In this document: positions 9,566 to 18,597 of the stretch, piece after piece
Layout of the letters: every line of letters begins with the position of its first letter
How positions within the stretch are numbered: position 1 is the first letter of the stretch
Origin: Deltaproteobacteria bacterium
Lineage (GTDB): Bacteria > Myxococcota_A > UBA9160 > SMWR01
Assembly: GCA_024640705.1 (NCBI GenBank)
Contig: JAHEEJ010000004.1
Coordinates: 1 to 34,639, forward strand
DNA length: 34,639 nucleotides
Direction: 5' to 3'
Made by a program: the position numbers and the translations under genes
Notes under the pieces: generated by a model
Told to the model about the DNA's origin: nothing
Database searches by the model: none
What the model saw: the letters and a program-made list of their open reading frames with translations, nothing else

Positions 9566-9621
9566 GCGCGGAGTATTCGCGCGAGTCGGGTGGGTCCGAC
9601 GCATGACCGCCGCCATTTCGA

Positions 9622-11343
9622 TCATGGAAAGTGGCAGGTGATCAGGAACTGCACGCCGCGGTCCTGCAGATTGCCGGACGTGTTGACGCTGTTGAGGTTC
9701 TGCCCCCAATAGATCTGCGCACTGAGAAATCGCGGCAGCGTCCAGCGCAGGCCGATCCCGACACTCGCGAGCGTCTTCGCTCGCTCGTGGAGGCGATCAC
9801 TTTGATTCCACACATGGGCGTAGTCGACGAAGGGTGCGAGTTCGATGACGCCGATGTATCGCGGATCGCGCCAGATCGGTACCCGCACTTCGAGTGAGAC
9901 GATCGCGGCTTCATCCTGGACGCGCTGATTCTGCCGGTATCCACGCACGCTCGCGTAACCGCCGACCGCAATCTGTTCGAGGGTGAGTAGCGGGTCGTTG
10001 GAAATCTGCATGTCGCCGCGGATGATCGCTTCGACACCCAGACTGCCAAAGCGGCGCGCCCATTGCAGCTGCATCAGACTCGCAACGAAGCGGCCGTCGG
10101 GTTGTTGGCTGCTGTCCACCCGGTCTCTTTCGTTGAGGGTCGTGGCGCCGAGGGCGTCGATTCCCCAACTGAGTTGCATGCGAGCGGAAAGCACCTGGTT
10201 TTGGTCGCGCCACGACCAATCCGCCAAGAAGCGGAGCACGCTCGCCGTCGTCTTCCCATTCTCTGCGCCGGACCCGAAAAAGTCGAAACTCTCTCCGTCC
10301 AGCTTGATATTGCTCCGCCGCCAGTCCGCGAGCAGGCCGAGGTCGAACCGTGTCTGGGTCGAGGTGTAGACGGGCTGGATCAGTCCGATCCGGTAGGACC
10401 GGAAGGTGCTTTCAATATCCTCGTCAGCGTAGGATTTTTCGGTGATCTCGGAGTCCGCGTAGTGGGCCTCCAATACCAGTCTTGTGTCCCAGCGGGTAAA
10501 GGGGATTTCGTAGCGGCCGCGATAGCGCTCGAGGCCTTCGGTGATGGTGAACTCCGCGCCGAACGAATCTCCCCATCCGGCGAGATTCTGGAGTGAAGCG
10601 TCGATTCCACCGGCGAGTGCACCACCGATGCTCGGCGGTTCGTAGTTGTCGAATCGAAAGTCCACCCCAAAACGGTTGGTCTCTTCCACTTCGATGTGCA
10701 GGACGGCCTCGCCGCGCTGATCGCCCGGAACGAGTCGCGCTGCGAGCTTCCGGATTCGCGGATCCTGCTGGAGGATCTGGATCCGCTCTTCGAGTTTGCC
10801 TATGTGAAGGGGTGTCGTGGCACCGCGCTGGATGCGGTCGCGCAAGTAGCGAGCGCGAAACTGTTTGTTTCCGGTGATCCGGATCTCGGACAGCGAGCCC
10901 TCGATGATCTGGATCTCGATGATGCCGCCTTCGAAGTCTTGATCCTGCAGCGTCGCACCCGAGTTGACGTAGCCGTGCTGCAGGTAGTGTTCCGTGATCG
11001 CGTTGCGGACCGAGACCAGATCCTCGGAGCGGATCACCCGGCCCGTCCACGGTTTGACGAGACTCGCCAGTTCTTCGCTGGAAAACACCGTGCTGCCGAC
11101 GAACCGATAACCCTGGATGAACACACCCGGTCCGCTGGAAGGCGCCTCTTCGGGTTCCAGGGGCTGGACGATCGGGGGAAGAATCGGCTCTGCTTCTTCC
11201 GGTGACTCGAATTGCGGAAGTTCGGGGCGCTCGTCAGCGGGTCGTTGGATGGCCTGGCCCTGTGCGCGCGCGACGGGCAGGAGCAATGCGGCGAAGAGAA
11301 CCAGGCAGGGTCCGATGTTTCGATTCCAGCGGGGGAGGGGCAC
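9622..11343 (-). CDS. ShlB/FhaC/HecB family two-partner secretion transporter (TpsB; POTRA + beta-barrel)
   Basis: Signal peptide. POTRA motif ITEHYLQHGYVNSGA..DQDFEGGIIEIQIIEG. Omp85/TpsB loop motif GGYASVRGY. Amphipathic C-terminal strands (LASVGIGLRW). Confidence 0.92.
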   Translation of the reverse strand: MPLPRWNRNIGPCLVLFAALLLPVARAQGQAIQRPADERPELPQFESPEEAEPILPPIVQPLEPEEAPSSGPGVFIQGYRFVGSTVFSSEELASLVKPWTGRVIRSEDLVSVRNAITEHYLQHGYVNSGATLQDQDFEGGIIEIQIIEGSLSEIRITGNKQFRARYLRDRIQRGATTPLHIGKLEERIQILQQDPRIRKLAARLVPGDQRGEAVLHIEVEETNRFGVDFRFDNYEPPSIGGALAGGIDASLQNLAGWGDSFGAEFTITEGLERYRGRYEIPFTRWDTRLVLEAHYADSEITEKSYADEDIESTFRSYRIGLIQPVYTSTQTRFDLGLLADWRRSNIKLDGESFDFFGSGAENGKTTASVLRFLADWSWRDQNQVLSARMQLSWGIDALGATTLNERDRVDSSQQPDGRFVASLMQLQWARRFGSLGVEAIIRGDMQISNDPLLTLEQIAVGGYASVRGYRQNQRVQDEAAIVSLEVRVPIWRDPRYIGVIELAPFVDYAHVWNQSDRLHERAKTLASVGIGLRWTLPRFLSAQIYWGQNLNSVNTSGNLQDRGVQFLITCHFP

Positions 11344-11520
11344 GGTCTCCGGACTCCGATCTTCGAAAAAGCGACCGGAGCCGCTCGAGCGTCAGCGGCA
11401 GGGTGTCAGAAACGATGCCGTGGCCGCAAGGAGTATTTCGGATGCGAGCAAGGCATTGCCTCGGACCTTTCGCGCTGGAGGATCCGGTCGATCCAATCGG
11501 GTTCGCGCCCGCTGCCGCGC

Positions 11521-12960
11521 TCAGTAGCGCTTGAGCTGTCCCGATCTCAATTTCCCGAGGTATTTATCGAGTTCGCGTTTGATCCGCCCCGAGAGGAGCA
11601 CGACGCCGAACATGTTCGGGAATGCCATCCCGAGGATCATCGCATCGCCAAAGTCGATCACCGCGCTGGCGTTGAAGATCGAGCCGAGCCAGACGAAGAG
11701 CAGGAAGAGCCCCTTGTAGAGCAGGATCGTACGCACGCCGAACAGTCGCGCCCAGCACTGCTCGCCGTAATAGCTCCAGGAGATCATGGTGCTGAACGCG
11801 AAGAGCACGGCGATCAAGGTCAGCACGGGCGGGAACCACGGGAATACGGTCTCGAAAGCCCACGATGTCATCGCGATGCCGCCTCCGACGTCGGGCTGGA
11901 GGTGCGCTCCCGTGACGACGATGACGAGGCCGGTGATCGTGCAGACGACGATCGTATCGACGAAGGGTTCGAGCAGCGCGACGACTCCCTCGCGAACGGG
12001 TTCATCGGTCCGGGCGGCAGAGTGGACGATCGCGGCGGATCCCGCTCCGGCTTCGTTGCTGAAGGCCGCGCGCCGGAAGCCCTGAATCAAGGCGCCGAAG
12101 AATCCACCGGCTCCTGCTTGCCATGAAAAGGCTTCCGAGACGATGGTCGTGACCGCCGAGCCCAGAGAACCGGCGTGAGCGACGAGCAGGCTGATCCCGC
12201 AGACGACGTAGAGGATACACATGAACGGAACGAGCCCGGCTGCGACCTCGCCGATGCGCTTGATGCCGCCGATGATCACGACGCCGACCAGCGCCGCGAG
12301 GATCAGACCGAAGACGATGGCTCCACCCTTTCCCGCCATGATCGGCAGGACTTCCGCGACCTGGGCAAACGATTGATTGGCCTGGTACATGTTGCCGCCG
12401 CCGAGGCTGCCGCCGATGCACATCAGCGCAAAGATCACAGAGAGCGCCTTTCCCAGGCGCGCGAATCCGATTTCGGCGAGGCCGTCTCGCAGATAGTGCA
12501 TCCCACCGCCCGAAACGTGACCGTCGGCGCGCGTCACCCGATAGAGTTGACCGAGCGTGCATTCGGCAAACTTCGAACTCATCCCCAGAAAACCCGCGAG
12601 GACCATCCAGAAGATTGCGCCGGGCCCGCCGATCCCCACCGCAAACGCCACGCCGGCGATGTTCCCGAGCCCGACCGTGGCCGAGAGCGCCGCCGATAGC
12701 GCCTGGAAGTGGGAAATCTCGCCGGTGGATTTGGGGTCCGTATAGCGACCCCTCGTGCAGTCGATCGCGTGGCGAAAGGCGCGAAAGTTCACGAACTGAA
12801 ACCGCAGGGTGAAGAAGGTCGCTCCGGCGATCAGCCACAAGACGACCAGCGGGAGTGTCACGTCGGGATCCCAGAACGCGACGTCGAAGAAGATCACGGC
12901 CTCGATCGAGTCCACCACATAGCTGGCGAACCATCCTTCGAGTCGAGTCAGAAAATCCAT
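11521..12960 (-). CDS. Alanine/glycine:cation symporter (AGCS, AlsT family)
   Basis: ISHFQALSAALSATVGLGNIAGVAFAVGIGGPGAIFWM, FSNEAGAGSAAIVH, LEPFVDTIVVC and FAFSTMISWSYYGE motifs; many transmembrane helices. Confidence 0.93.
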   Translation of the reverse strand: MDFLTRLEGWFASYVVDSIEAVIFFDVAFWDPDVTLPLVVLWLIAGATFFTLRFQFVNFRAFRHAIDCTRGRYTDPKSTGEISHFQALSAALSATVGLGNIAGVAFAVGIGGPGAIFWMVLAGFLGMSSKFAECTLGQLYRVTRADGHVSGGGMHYLRDGLAEIGFARLGKALSVIFALMCIGGSLGGGNMYQANQSFAQVAEVLPIMAGKGGAIVFGLILAALVGVVIIGGIKRIGEVAAGLVPFMCILYVVCGISLLVAHAGSLGSAVTTIVSEAFSWQAGAGGFFGALIQGFRRAAFSNEAGAGSAAIVHSAARTDEPVREGVVALLEPFVDTIVVCTITGLVIVVTGAHLQPDVGGGIAMTSWAFETVFPWFPPVLTLIAVLFAFSTMISWSYYGEQCWARLFGVRTILLYKGLFLLFVWLGSIFNASAVIDFGDAMILGMAFPNMFGVVLLSGRIKRELDKYLGKLRSGQLKRY

Positions 12961-13064
12961 GCTGCTCCCCCATGACGGGTTTTCGAACGATCGACCGGGG
13001 GGGAGTGCGCCGCGGATCGAAGCATACGCGCTTCGGACCTGTGGCGCCGCTGCGATTCAGTCCA

Positions 13065-13877
13065 TCAGGCGAAGATCTCGGGATCGACCTCGACGCCGAT
13101 CGGACAGTGATCGGATCCCTGGACATCCGAGTAGATCATCGCATTCTCGACGAATTTCATCGCCGCCGGCGAGGCCAGCACGTAATCGATCCGCCAGCCG
13201 ACGTTCTTGGCGCGGACTCCGAAGCGCTGACTCCACCACGTGTAGCGATCCGGCGACGGGTCGAATTGGCGATAGGTGTCGATCCAGCCGGCATCGATCC
13301 AGCGGTCGATCTCCGCACACTCCTCGGGTAGGAAACCGCTCGTACCCCGGTTTGCCTTGGGTCGCGCGAGATCGATTTCGCGGTGAGCGGTGTTGAAATC
13401 GCCCATCACGAGCACCCGCGCGCCGCCGCGCCGCAGGCGCTGCAGCCGTTCGAACAATCTGCGGTAGAAGTCGAGCTTGTAGGGCACCCGGCTGTTGTCG
13501 CGGTCCTTGCCATTGCCGTTGGGGAAATAGACGTTGGCAACCGCGAGCCGCCCGAAGCGCGCGATCTGGACCCGCCCCTCGGAATCGAAACGAGCCTCTT
13601 CGAGCGCGGTGTCGATGCGATCGGGAGCCCGCCGCGCGTAGAGGCCGACGCCGCTGTAACCCTTGCGCTCGGCGGTGGAGAAGCTCGTGTGCCAATCCTC
13701 GGGTTGGCTCAGTTCGGTCGGAATCTGGTCGGGCTCGGCGCGCACTTCCTGAAGGCCGACGATCTCCGCCCCCGATCCCTCGAGCCAATCGCCGAAGCCC
13801 TTCTTCGCACAGGCGCGCAGGCCGTTGACGTTCCAGGAGAGAATGCGGATCGGTGCTGCGGAGCGGCGTGCAGGCAT
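13065..13877 (-). CDS. xth: Exodeoxyribonuclease III / AP endonuclease
   Basis: SWNVNGLRA, LQEVR, GYSGV, YFPNG, GDFNTAH, YTWWSQR, GWRIDY and SDHCP motifs. Confidence 0.96.
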   Translation of the reverse strand: MPARRSAAPIRILSWNVNGLRACAKKGFGDWLEGSGAEIVGLQEVRAEPDQIPTELSQPEDWHTSFSTAERKGYSGVGLYARRAPDRIDTALEEARFDSEGRVQIARFGRLAVANVYFPNGNGKDRDNSRVPYKLDFYRRLFERLQRLRRGGARVLVMGDFNTAHREIDLARPKANRGTSGFLPEECAEIDRWIDAGWIDTYRQFDPSPDRYTWWSQRFGVRAKNVGWRIDYVLASPAAMKFVENAMIYSDVQGSDHCPIGVEVDPEIFA

Positions 13878-13881
13878 CGGC

Positions 13882-15783
13882 TCAGACTTGACCCGACAGG
13901 TAGGTGTATCCCTTGAGTCCCTGCTCGTAGCGCTCGAGCAGGCGCGCAGATTCTTCGAGGCTGATGTTGTCGTTGCGCAGCGCGCTCTCGATGATCTGGC
14001 GCACCTTTTCGATCAAAGGCCGACGATCGTACTGCACGTAGGCGAGGACGTCTTCCACGGCGTCACCCCGGACGATGTGATCGAGTGTGTAACCGCCCTC
14101 GTCGTCGAGGGTTACGTGAACTGCGTTGGTGTCTCCGAAGAGATTGTGGAGGTCACCCAGGATCTCTTGATACGCGCCGACGAGAAATACGCCGATGTAA
14201 TAGGGAGCACCCGTCCAGGAGTGGAGCTCGATCAGGCTCTTGGCTTCGCGGGGGTTGATGAACTGATCGATCTTCCCATCGCTGTCGCAAGTCAAGTCTG
14301 CAAAGACGCCGCGTCGGGTCGGCTGTTCGTCGAGGCGATGGATGGGCATCACCGGAAAGAGCTGCTTGACCGCCCAGTGGTCCGGTGCGCTCTGGAAGAC
14401 CGAAAAGTTTCCGTAGTAGGTATCGGCGAGGCCGGCTTCGAAATCGGCGAGGTCTTCGGGCACATCGGGCAACTCGCGGAGCAGTTCGAGGATCTTCTCA
14501 CAGCATTTCGCAAACATGTGTTCGACCCGCGCCTTGCCTCGAAGGTCGAGGTAGCCCAGTGAAAACATCGTCGCCGCTTCTTCCTTGAGCAGCACCGCGT
14601 TGTGGTAGGACTCCTGAACGTCTTCGATCGTGGTGTCGCTCCACACTTCTGCGAGATCGCGCAGCACCTTGGGATCGTCGTCGGTGACCTTGCCCGGCTG
14701 CGAGTCATTCAGGATTTCATTGACCCCGAGGATGTCGAACACCAAGACCGAGTGATGGGCGGTCAGCGCGCGCCCCGATTCGGTCACGATGTCGGGATGG
14801 GCGATCTTCGCCGCGTCGCAGGCTTCCTGGATGAAAGACACCACGTCGTTCGCGTATTCCTGCATCGAGTAGTTCTTCGAAGAGGGGAAGTTGGTGCGCG
14901 AGCCGTCGTAGTCCACCCCGAGTCCGCCACCGACATCGATCAGGGAGGGTTCCGCGCCCATTTCGTGGAGTCCCACGAAGATGCGACTGGCTTCGCTGAG
15001 TGCGTCCTTGTGGGCGCGCGCCGCGGTGATCTGGGAACCGATGTGAAAGTGCATCAGTTCGACGCAATCGAGCATGTCTTCCGCTGCCAGGCGGTCGACC
15101 GCTGCGACGATCTCCATCGACGAAAGGCCGAACTTGGAGCGATCCCCGGTCGACTCGACCCACCTGCCAGCGCCCTTGCTGCTCAGCCGCGCCCGGATGC
15201 CGAGGTGCGGCCGGATTCCGAGTTCGCGCGAAGTCTTGAGGATGAGATCGATCTCGTGGAATCGGTCGACGACGATGATCGGTGTTCGACCCAGGCGTTG
15301 CGCGAGCAGTGCGGTCTCGACGTAGGCCCGATCCTTGTATCCGTTGCAGATGATCAGCGCGCCCGGCGTATCGAGCAGGGCGAGGGCGATCAGCAATTCG
15401 GGTTTGCTGCCGGCTTCGAGCCCCAGCTTCTCTGGAGCGCCGAACCGGATCAATTCTTCGACGACGTGGCGCTGCTGGTTGACCTTGATCGGGTAGACCC
15501 CGCGATAGGTTCCCCGGTAGTCGATCTCCTGGATCGCCTCGCGGAAGCATTGGCTCAAGCCCCGCACGCGGCTGTCGAGGATGTCGTTGAAACGGATCAG
15601 CAGTGGGGTGTGCACACCGCGCCGTCCCAGGTTCTCGACCAGTTCGAGCAGGTCGATGCTCCGCGCATCGTCGGTCTTCGGTCGGACTTCGATGTCTCCC
15701 GCATCGCTGATCGCGAAAAACCCCGATCCCCAGTCGAGGACGTGGTAGAGATCGAGGCTGTCGCGAATCGTCCAAGGCTTCAC
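13882..15783 (-). CDS. speA: Biosynthetic arginine decarboxylase
   Basis: YPIKVNQ (PLP lysine), GLEAGSKPEL, HFHIGSQI, DVGGGLGVDYDG, DLTCDSDG, GAYQEILGDLHNLFG. Start placed at GTG 15783 behind a GAGGA RBS; the track start is 15840. Confidence 0.95.
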   Translation of the reverse strand: MKPWTIRDSLDLYHVLDWGSGFFAISDAGDIEVRPKTDDARSIDLLELVENLGRRGVHTPLLIRFNDILDSRVRGLSQCFREAIQEIDYRGTYRGVYPIKVNQQRHVVEELIRFGAPEKLGLEAGSKPELLIALALLDTPGALIICNGYKDRAYVETALLAQRLGRTPIIVVDRFHEIDLILKTSRELGIRPHLGIRARLSSKGAGRWVESTGDRSKFGLSSMEIVAAVDRLAAEDMLDCVELMHFHIGSQITAARAHKDALSEASRIFVGLHEMGAEPSLIDVGGGLGVDYDGSRTNFPSSKNYSMQEYANDVVSFIQEACDAAKIAHPDIVTESGRALTAHHSVLVFDILGVNEILNDSQPGKVTDDDPKVLRDLAEVWSDTTIEDVQESYHNAVLLKEEAATMFSLGYLDLRGKARVEHMFAKCCEKILELLRELPDVPEDLADFEAGLADTYYGNFSVFQSAPDHWAVKQLFPVMPIHRLDEQPTRRGVFADLTCDSDGKIDQFINPREAKSLIELHSWTGAPYYIGVFLVGAYQEILGDLHNLFGDTNAVHVTLDDEGGYTLDHIVRGDAVEDVLAYVQYDRRPLIEKVRQIIESALRNDNISLEESARLLERYEQGLKGYTYLSGQV

Positions 15784-15850
15784 TGGTGGGTCCTCATCGG
15801 TCTGGATGCACTCCAGATTGGGGCCGCTCGGCCCGAACACGTGCGCTCGT

Positions 15851-17131
15851 TCACTCGGGAATGGGCTCGCTGCGTTGCTCGCCGCTCGTCAGATCCCGGA
15901 TCAATACCTCACCTCGCGCCACTTCGTCGGGGCCGAGCAGATGGATCTCTCGCGCTCCTGCGCGATCTGCGTCGGCCATCACCCGCTTGAGTCGGGGTTC
16001 GCCGAGTACGAGTTCGACGCTTCGGTTGTCGGCGCGCAGCGCTCGAGCCACCCGCACGGCGGCGGCGCGCTCCGCTTCTGAAAACGCGTAGACGACCGCA
16101 TCCAGGCTGCGCGGGAGTTCCGGCAGCCGCTTCTTCTCGCTGAGGAGTTCTGCGATGACGGAGTCGCCGAAGCCGAAGCCGACCGCGGGTGTCGCGGGGC
16201 CACCGAGTGTTTCGAGCAGGTGGTCGTAACGGCCGCCGCCACAAACGGCGCGCAATTCGCGTCCGGAGTCGAATGCTTCGAAGACGATGCCGGTGTAGTA
16301 GGCGAGCCCGCGAACGATCGAGGCGTCGAAGGCGATTCGATCCGCGTGGCCGTAGGCGTCGATCAATTCGAAGAGTCGCGTGATTTCCGCGAGCGCGGGA
16401 GAGTCCGCGCGAGCGATCTTCTGGGCTTCGGCGATGTCGCGCAATTTCAGGAACGACAGTACGAAGCGCGCGTCTTCGACCGGCAACCCGACCAGGCCCT
16501 TCGGATCGCGGAGCAGTTCGACGACCGCGTCTTCGCCGATCTTCCCCAGCTTGTCGATTGCGATGCACAGCGCGGGGAAGACTTCGGGTCGCTTCGCGAG
16601 CACCGTCTCGCGAAGCGTCTCTTCGAGCAGTGCCCGGCTGTTGATCCGGACCATCACATCGCCGCGCTCCAGGCCGAGTCGGTCGAGCAGGTGGAAGACC
16701 GAAGCGATCAGTTCCGCTTCGGCGGCGACCCCGGGCTCGCCCCAGATGTCCATGTTCCACTGGTAGTGCTCGCGGCGGCGCCCGCGGCTCATGCGCTCGT
16801 AGCGCCAGCACTGCGGAATGCTGAACCAGCGCAACGGCAGCCGCAGCGCGCCGCGGCGGGCCGCGACCATCCGCGCGATCTGCGGGGTGATTTCCGGTCG
16901 CAGCGCCAGGTGGCGGTCGTGCAGCGTGAAGTGATAGAGCTGGTCGACGATCTCCTCGCCCGCCTTGCGGATGAAAAGCTCCGCGTGCTCGAGCACGGGA
17001 GCGTCGATTTCCTCGAAGCCGAAGAGCGCCGCGGTGGCGCGGAAGTGCTCGAACAGCCAGTTTCGCAGCCGCAGATCCTCGGGATAGAAGTCGCGGGTGC
17101 CTCTCGGGGCCTGGAGGGGTTCTTTGCTCAC
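15851..17131 (-). CDS. hisS: Histidine--tRNA ligase
   Basis: PRGTRDF, LALRPEIT, WRYER..RGRRREHYQ, RGLAYYTG, GGGRYD, GFGFG. Start uncertain (GTG 17131 or ATG 17170). Confidence 0.95.
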   Translation of the reverse strand: MSKEPLQAPRGTRDFYPEDLRLRNWLFEHFRATAALFGFEEIDAPVLEHAELFIRKAGEEIVDQLYHFTLHDRHLALRPEITPQIARMVAARRGALRLPLRWFSIPQCWRYERMSRGRRREHYQWNMDIWGEPGVAAEAELIASVFHLLDRLGLERGDVMVRINSRALLEETLRETVLAKRPEVFPALCIAIDKLGKIGEDAVVELLRDPKGLVGLPVEDARFVLSFLKLRDIAEAQKIARADSPALAEITRLFELIDAYGHADRIAFDASIVRGLAYYTGIVFEAFDSGRELRAVCGGGRYDHLLETLGGPATPAVGFGFGDSVIAELLSEKKRLPELPRSLDAVVYAFSEAERAAAVRVARALRADNRSVELVLGEPRLKRVMADADRAGAREIHLLGPDEVARGEVLIRDLTSGEQRSEPIPE

Positions 17132-17247
17132 GGGCCCAGTATCACATCCGGGCTGGCTCGGCGCCTCCATCGGGCGTCGAAAATAGTGTCGATCTGCTGC
17201 AGAGGTTGCTACCCCCTTCCGGGTTCGCACACGATCTCGGAGGACCC

Positions 17248-18570
17248 ATGTCGACCCGTTGCTACGCATTGGTACTGATGTTTCTCATCACGGGTGCTCT
17301 CGCCGCCTGTGGAGCCGAAGAGGCGCCTACGAAAGCCGCCCCCGAAAAACCCGCAGCCGCCAAGACCGCTGCTGCGCCGGCTGCGGCCCAGAAACCGGCC
17401 ACGCCCGACACGCTTCCCAATGGGATCGTGCTCGCGCTGGCCCAGTTCGTGACCGAGGATGGCAAGCCCGTGCCGGGCCCCGCGCGGCTCGAGTTCCTCT
17501 ACCGCGAAGGCGGCGCATGGAAGACCTCCGTGTTCGAGGACCCCGAAAGCAACGTCTTCCACAAAGCGATGGTCTACGACGCGGGCGATGGGCCCCGGTT
17601 GCTCACGCTCGGCGGAACCCGCGCTCTGCTCAAGACCTGGGAGCTCACGGATGCCGGCCTGGTGCCGACGGTGCTCTGGGAAAAGGATTTCGGCGGCAAG
17701 TTCAGTCGGATGCGCGATGCCGAGATCGGCGACCTCAAGGGCGACGGGACCGCGAGCCTCGCGGTAGCCACGCACGACCAGGGCGTCGTCGCCGTGGTGC
17801 ACCCCACAGGCGATGGCTACGAGGTCGAGGAACTCGACAAGGCGGAGAACATCTTCGTCCACGAGATCGAGGTCGGCGATTTGAATGGTGACGGGGTCCT
17901 CGAGATCTACGCGACCCCGAGCGAGCCCAATCGCCTCGACGGAACGCCCCAGAAGGGCGAGGTCGTCCGCTACGTCCCGGCCGCGGGCGGCCAGCGGACC
18001 GTGGTAGCGGACCTCGGCGAGCGCCACGCCAAGGAAATTCTCGTCGCCGATGTCGACGGGGACGGACGCCAGGAACTCTACGTCTCCGTCGAGGGAGAGA
18101 TCGAGGGCGAGGGCGGCGCCAAGCGCATCAAGTCGCCGGTCCAGATTCTTCGCTTCGAGGCGGACACGCCCGCCGACCAGGGTGTCGTGATCGCCGAGAT
18201 CAAGGATTCGCTGAGCCGCTTCCTGACGGTCGGTGACGTCGACGGCGATGGCAAGAACGAGATGATCGCCGCGGCGTTCAGCAGTGGATTGTGGCTGCTC
18301 CGCCCGGGCGACGATCCCAAGGCCGAGTGGAAGGCCGAGCTGGTCGATCGCGATTCAGCGGGATTCGAGCACGCCGCGATCCTGACGGATCTGGATGGAG
18401 ACGGGACCGTCGAACTCTACGTGGCGAGCGATCGCCACAAAGAAGTCCGCCGCTACGTGTGGGACGGTCGGCGCATGAAGCGCGAGGTCATCTACAAACG
18501 CCCCGACGATCGCCCAATCTTCACCTGGAACCTGATGCCGGTCCCGATGGAACTGATCCCCAAGAACTAG
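17248..18570 (+). CDS. Lipoprotein with FG-GAP/VCBS-type Ca-binding repeats (likely beta-propeller)
   Basis: GGAGG RBS before ATG 17248. Lipobox ...GALAAC, then an Ala/Pro/Lys linker. Repeats GDLKGDG, GDLNGDG, ADVDGDG, GDVDGDG, TDLDGDG. Confidence 0.85.
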   Translation: MSTRCYALVLMFLITGALAACGAEEAPTKAAPEKPAAAKTAAAPAAAQKPATPDTLPNGIVLALAQFVTEDGKPVPGPARLEFLYREGGAWKTSVFEDPESNVFHKAMVYDAGDGPRLLTLGGTRALLKTWELTDAGLVPTVLWEKDFGGKFSRMRDAEIGDLKGDGTASLAVATHDQGVVAVVHPTGDGYEVEELDKAENIFVHEIEVGDLNGDGVLEIYATPSEPNRLDGTPQKGEVVRYVPAAGGQRTVVADLGERHAKEILVADVDGDGRQELYVSVEGEIEGEGGAKRIKSPVQILRFEADTPADQGVVIAEIKDSLSRFLTVGDVDGDGKNEMIAAAFSSGLWLLRPGDDPKAEWKAELVDRDSAGFEHAAILTDLDGDGTVELYVASDRHKEVRRYVWDGRRMKREVIYKRPDDRPIFTWNLMPVPMELIPKN

Positions 18571-18597
18571 CCGGCCGCTCGCTTCAGAGATCCGACA

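Noticed and set aside
9566-9600. Two small hairpins between the convergent CHAT and tpsB genes
   Set aside because: Short GC stems without U-tracts; they might aid termination but are too weak to call.
11405-11462. Sigma-54-like sequences upstream of tpsB on the - strand (CGGCATCGTTTCTGA; AGGCAATGCCTTGC)
   Set aside because: One lacks the -12 GC and the other has GG-GC spacing off by one base.
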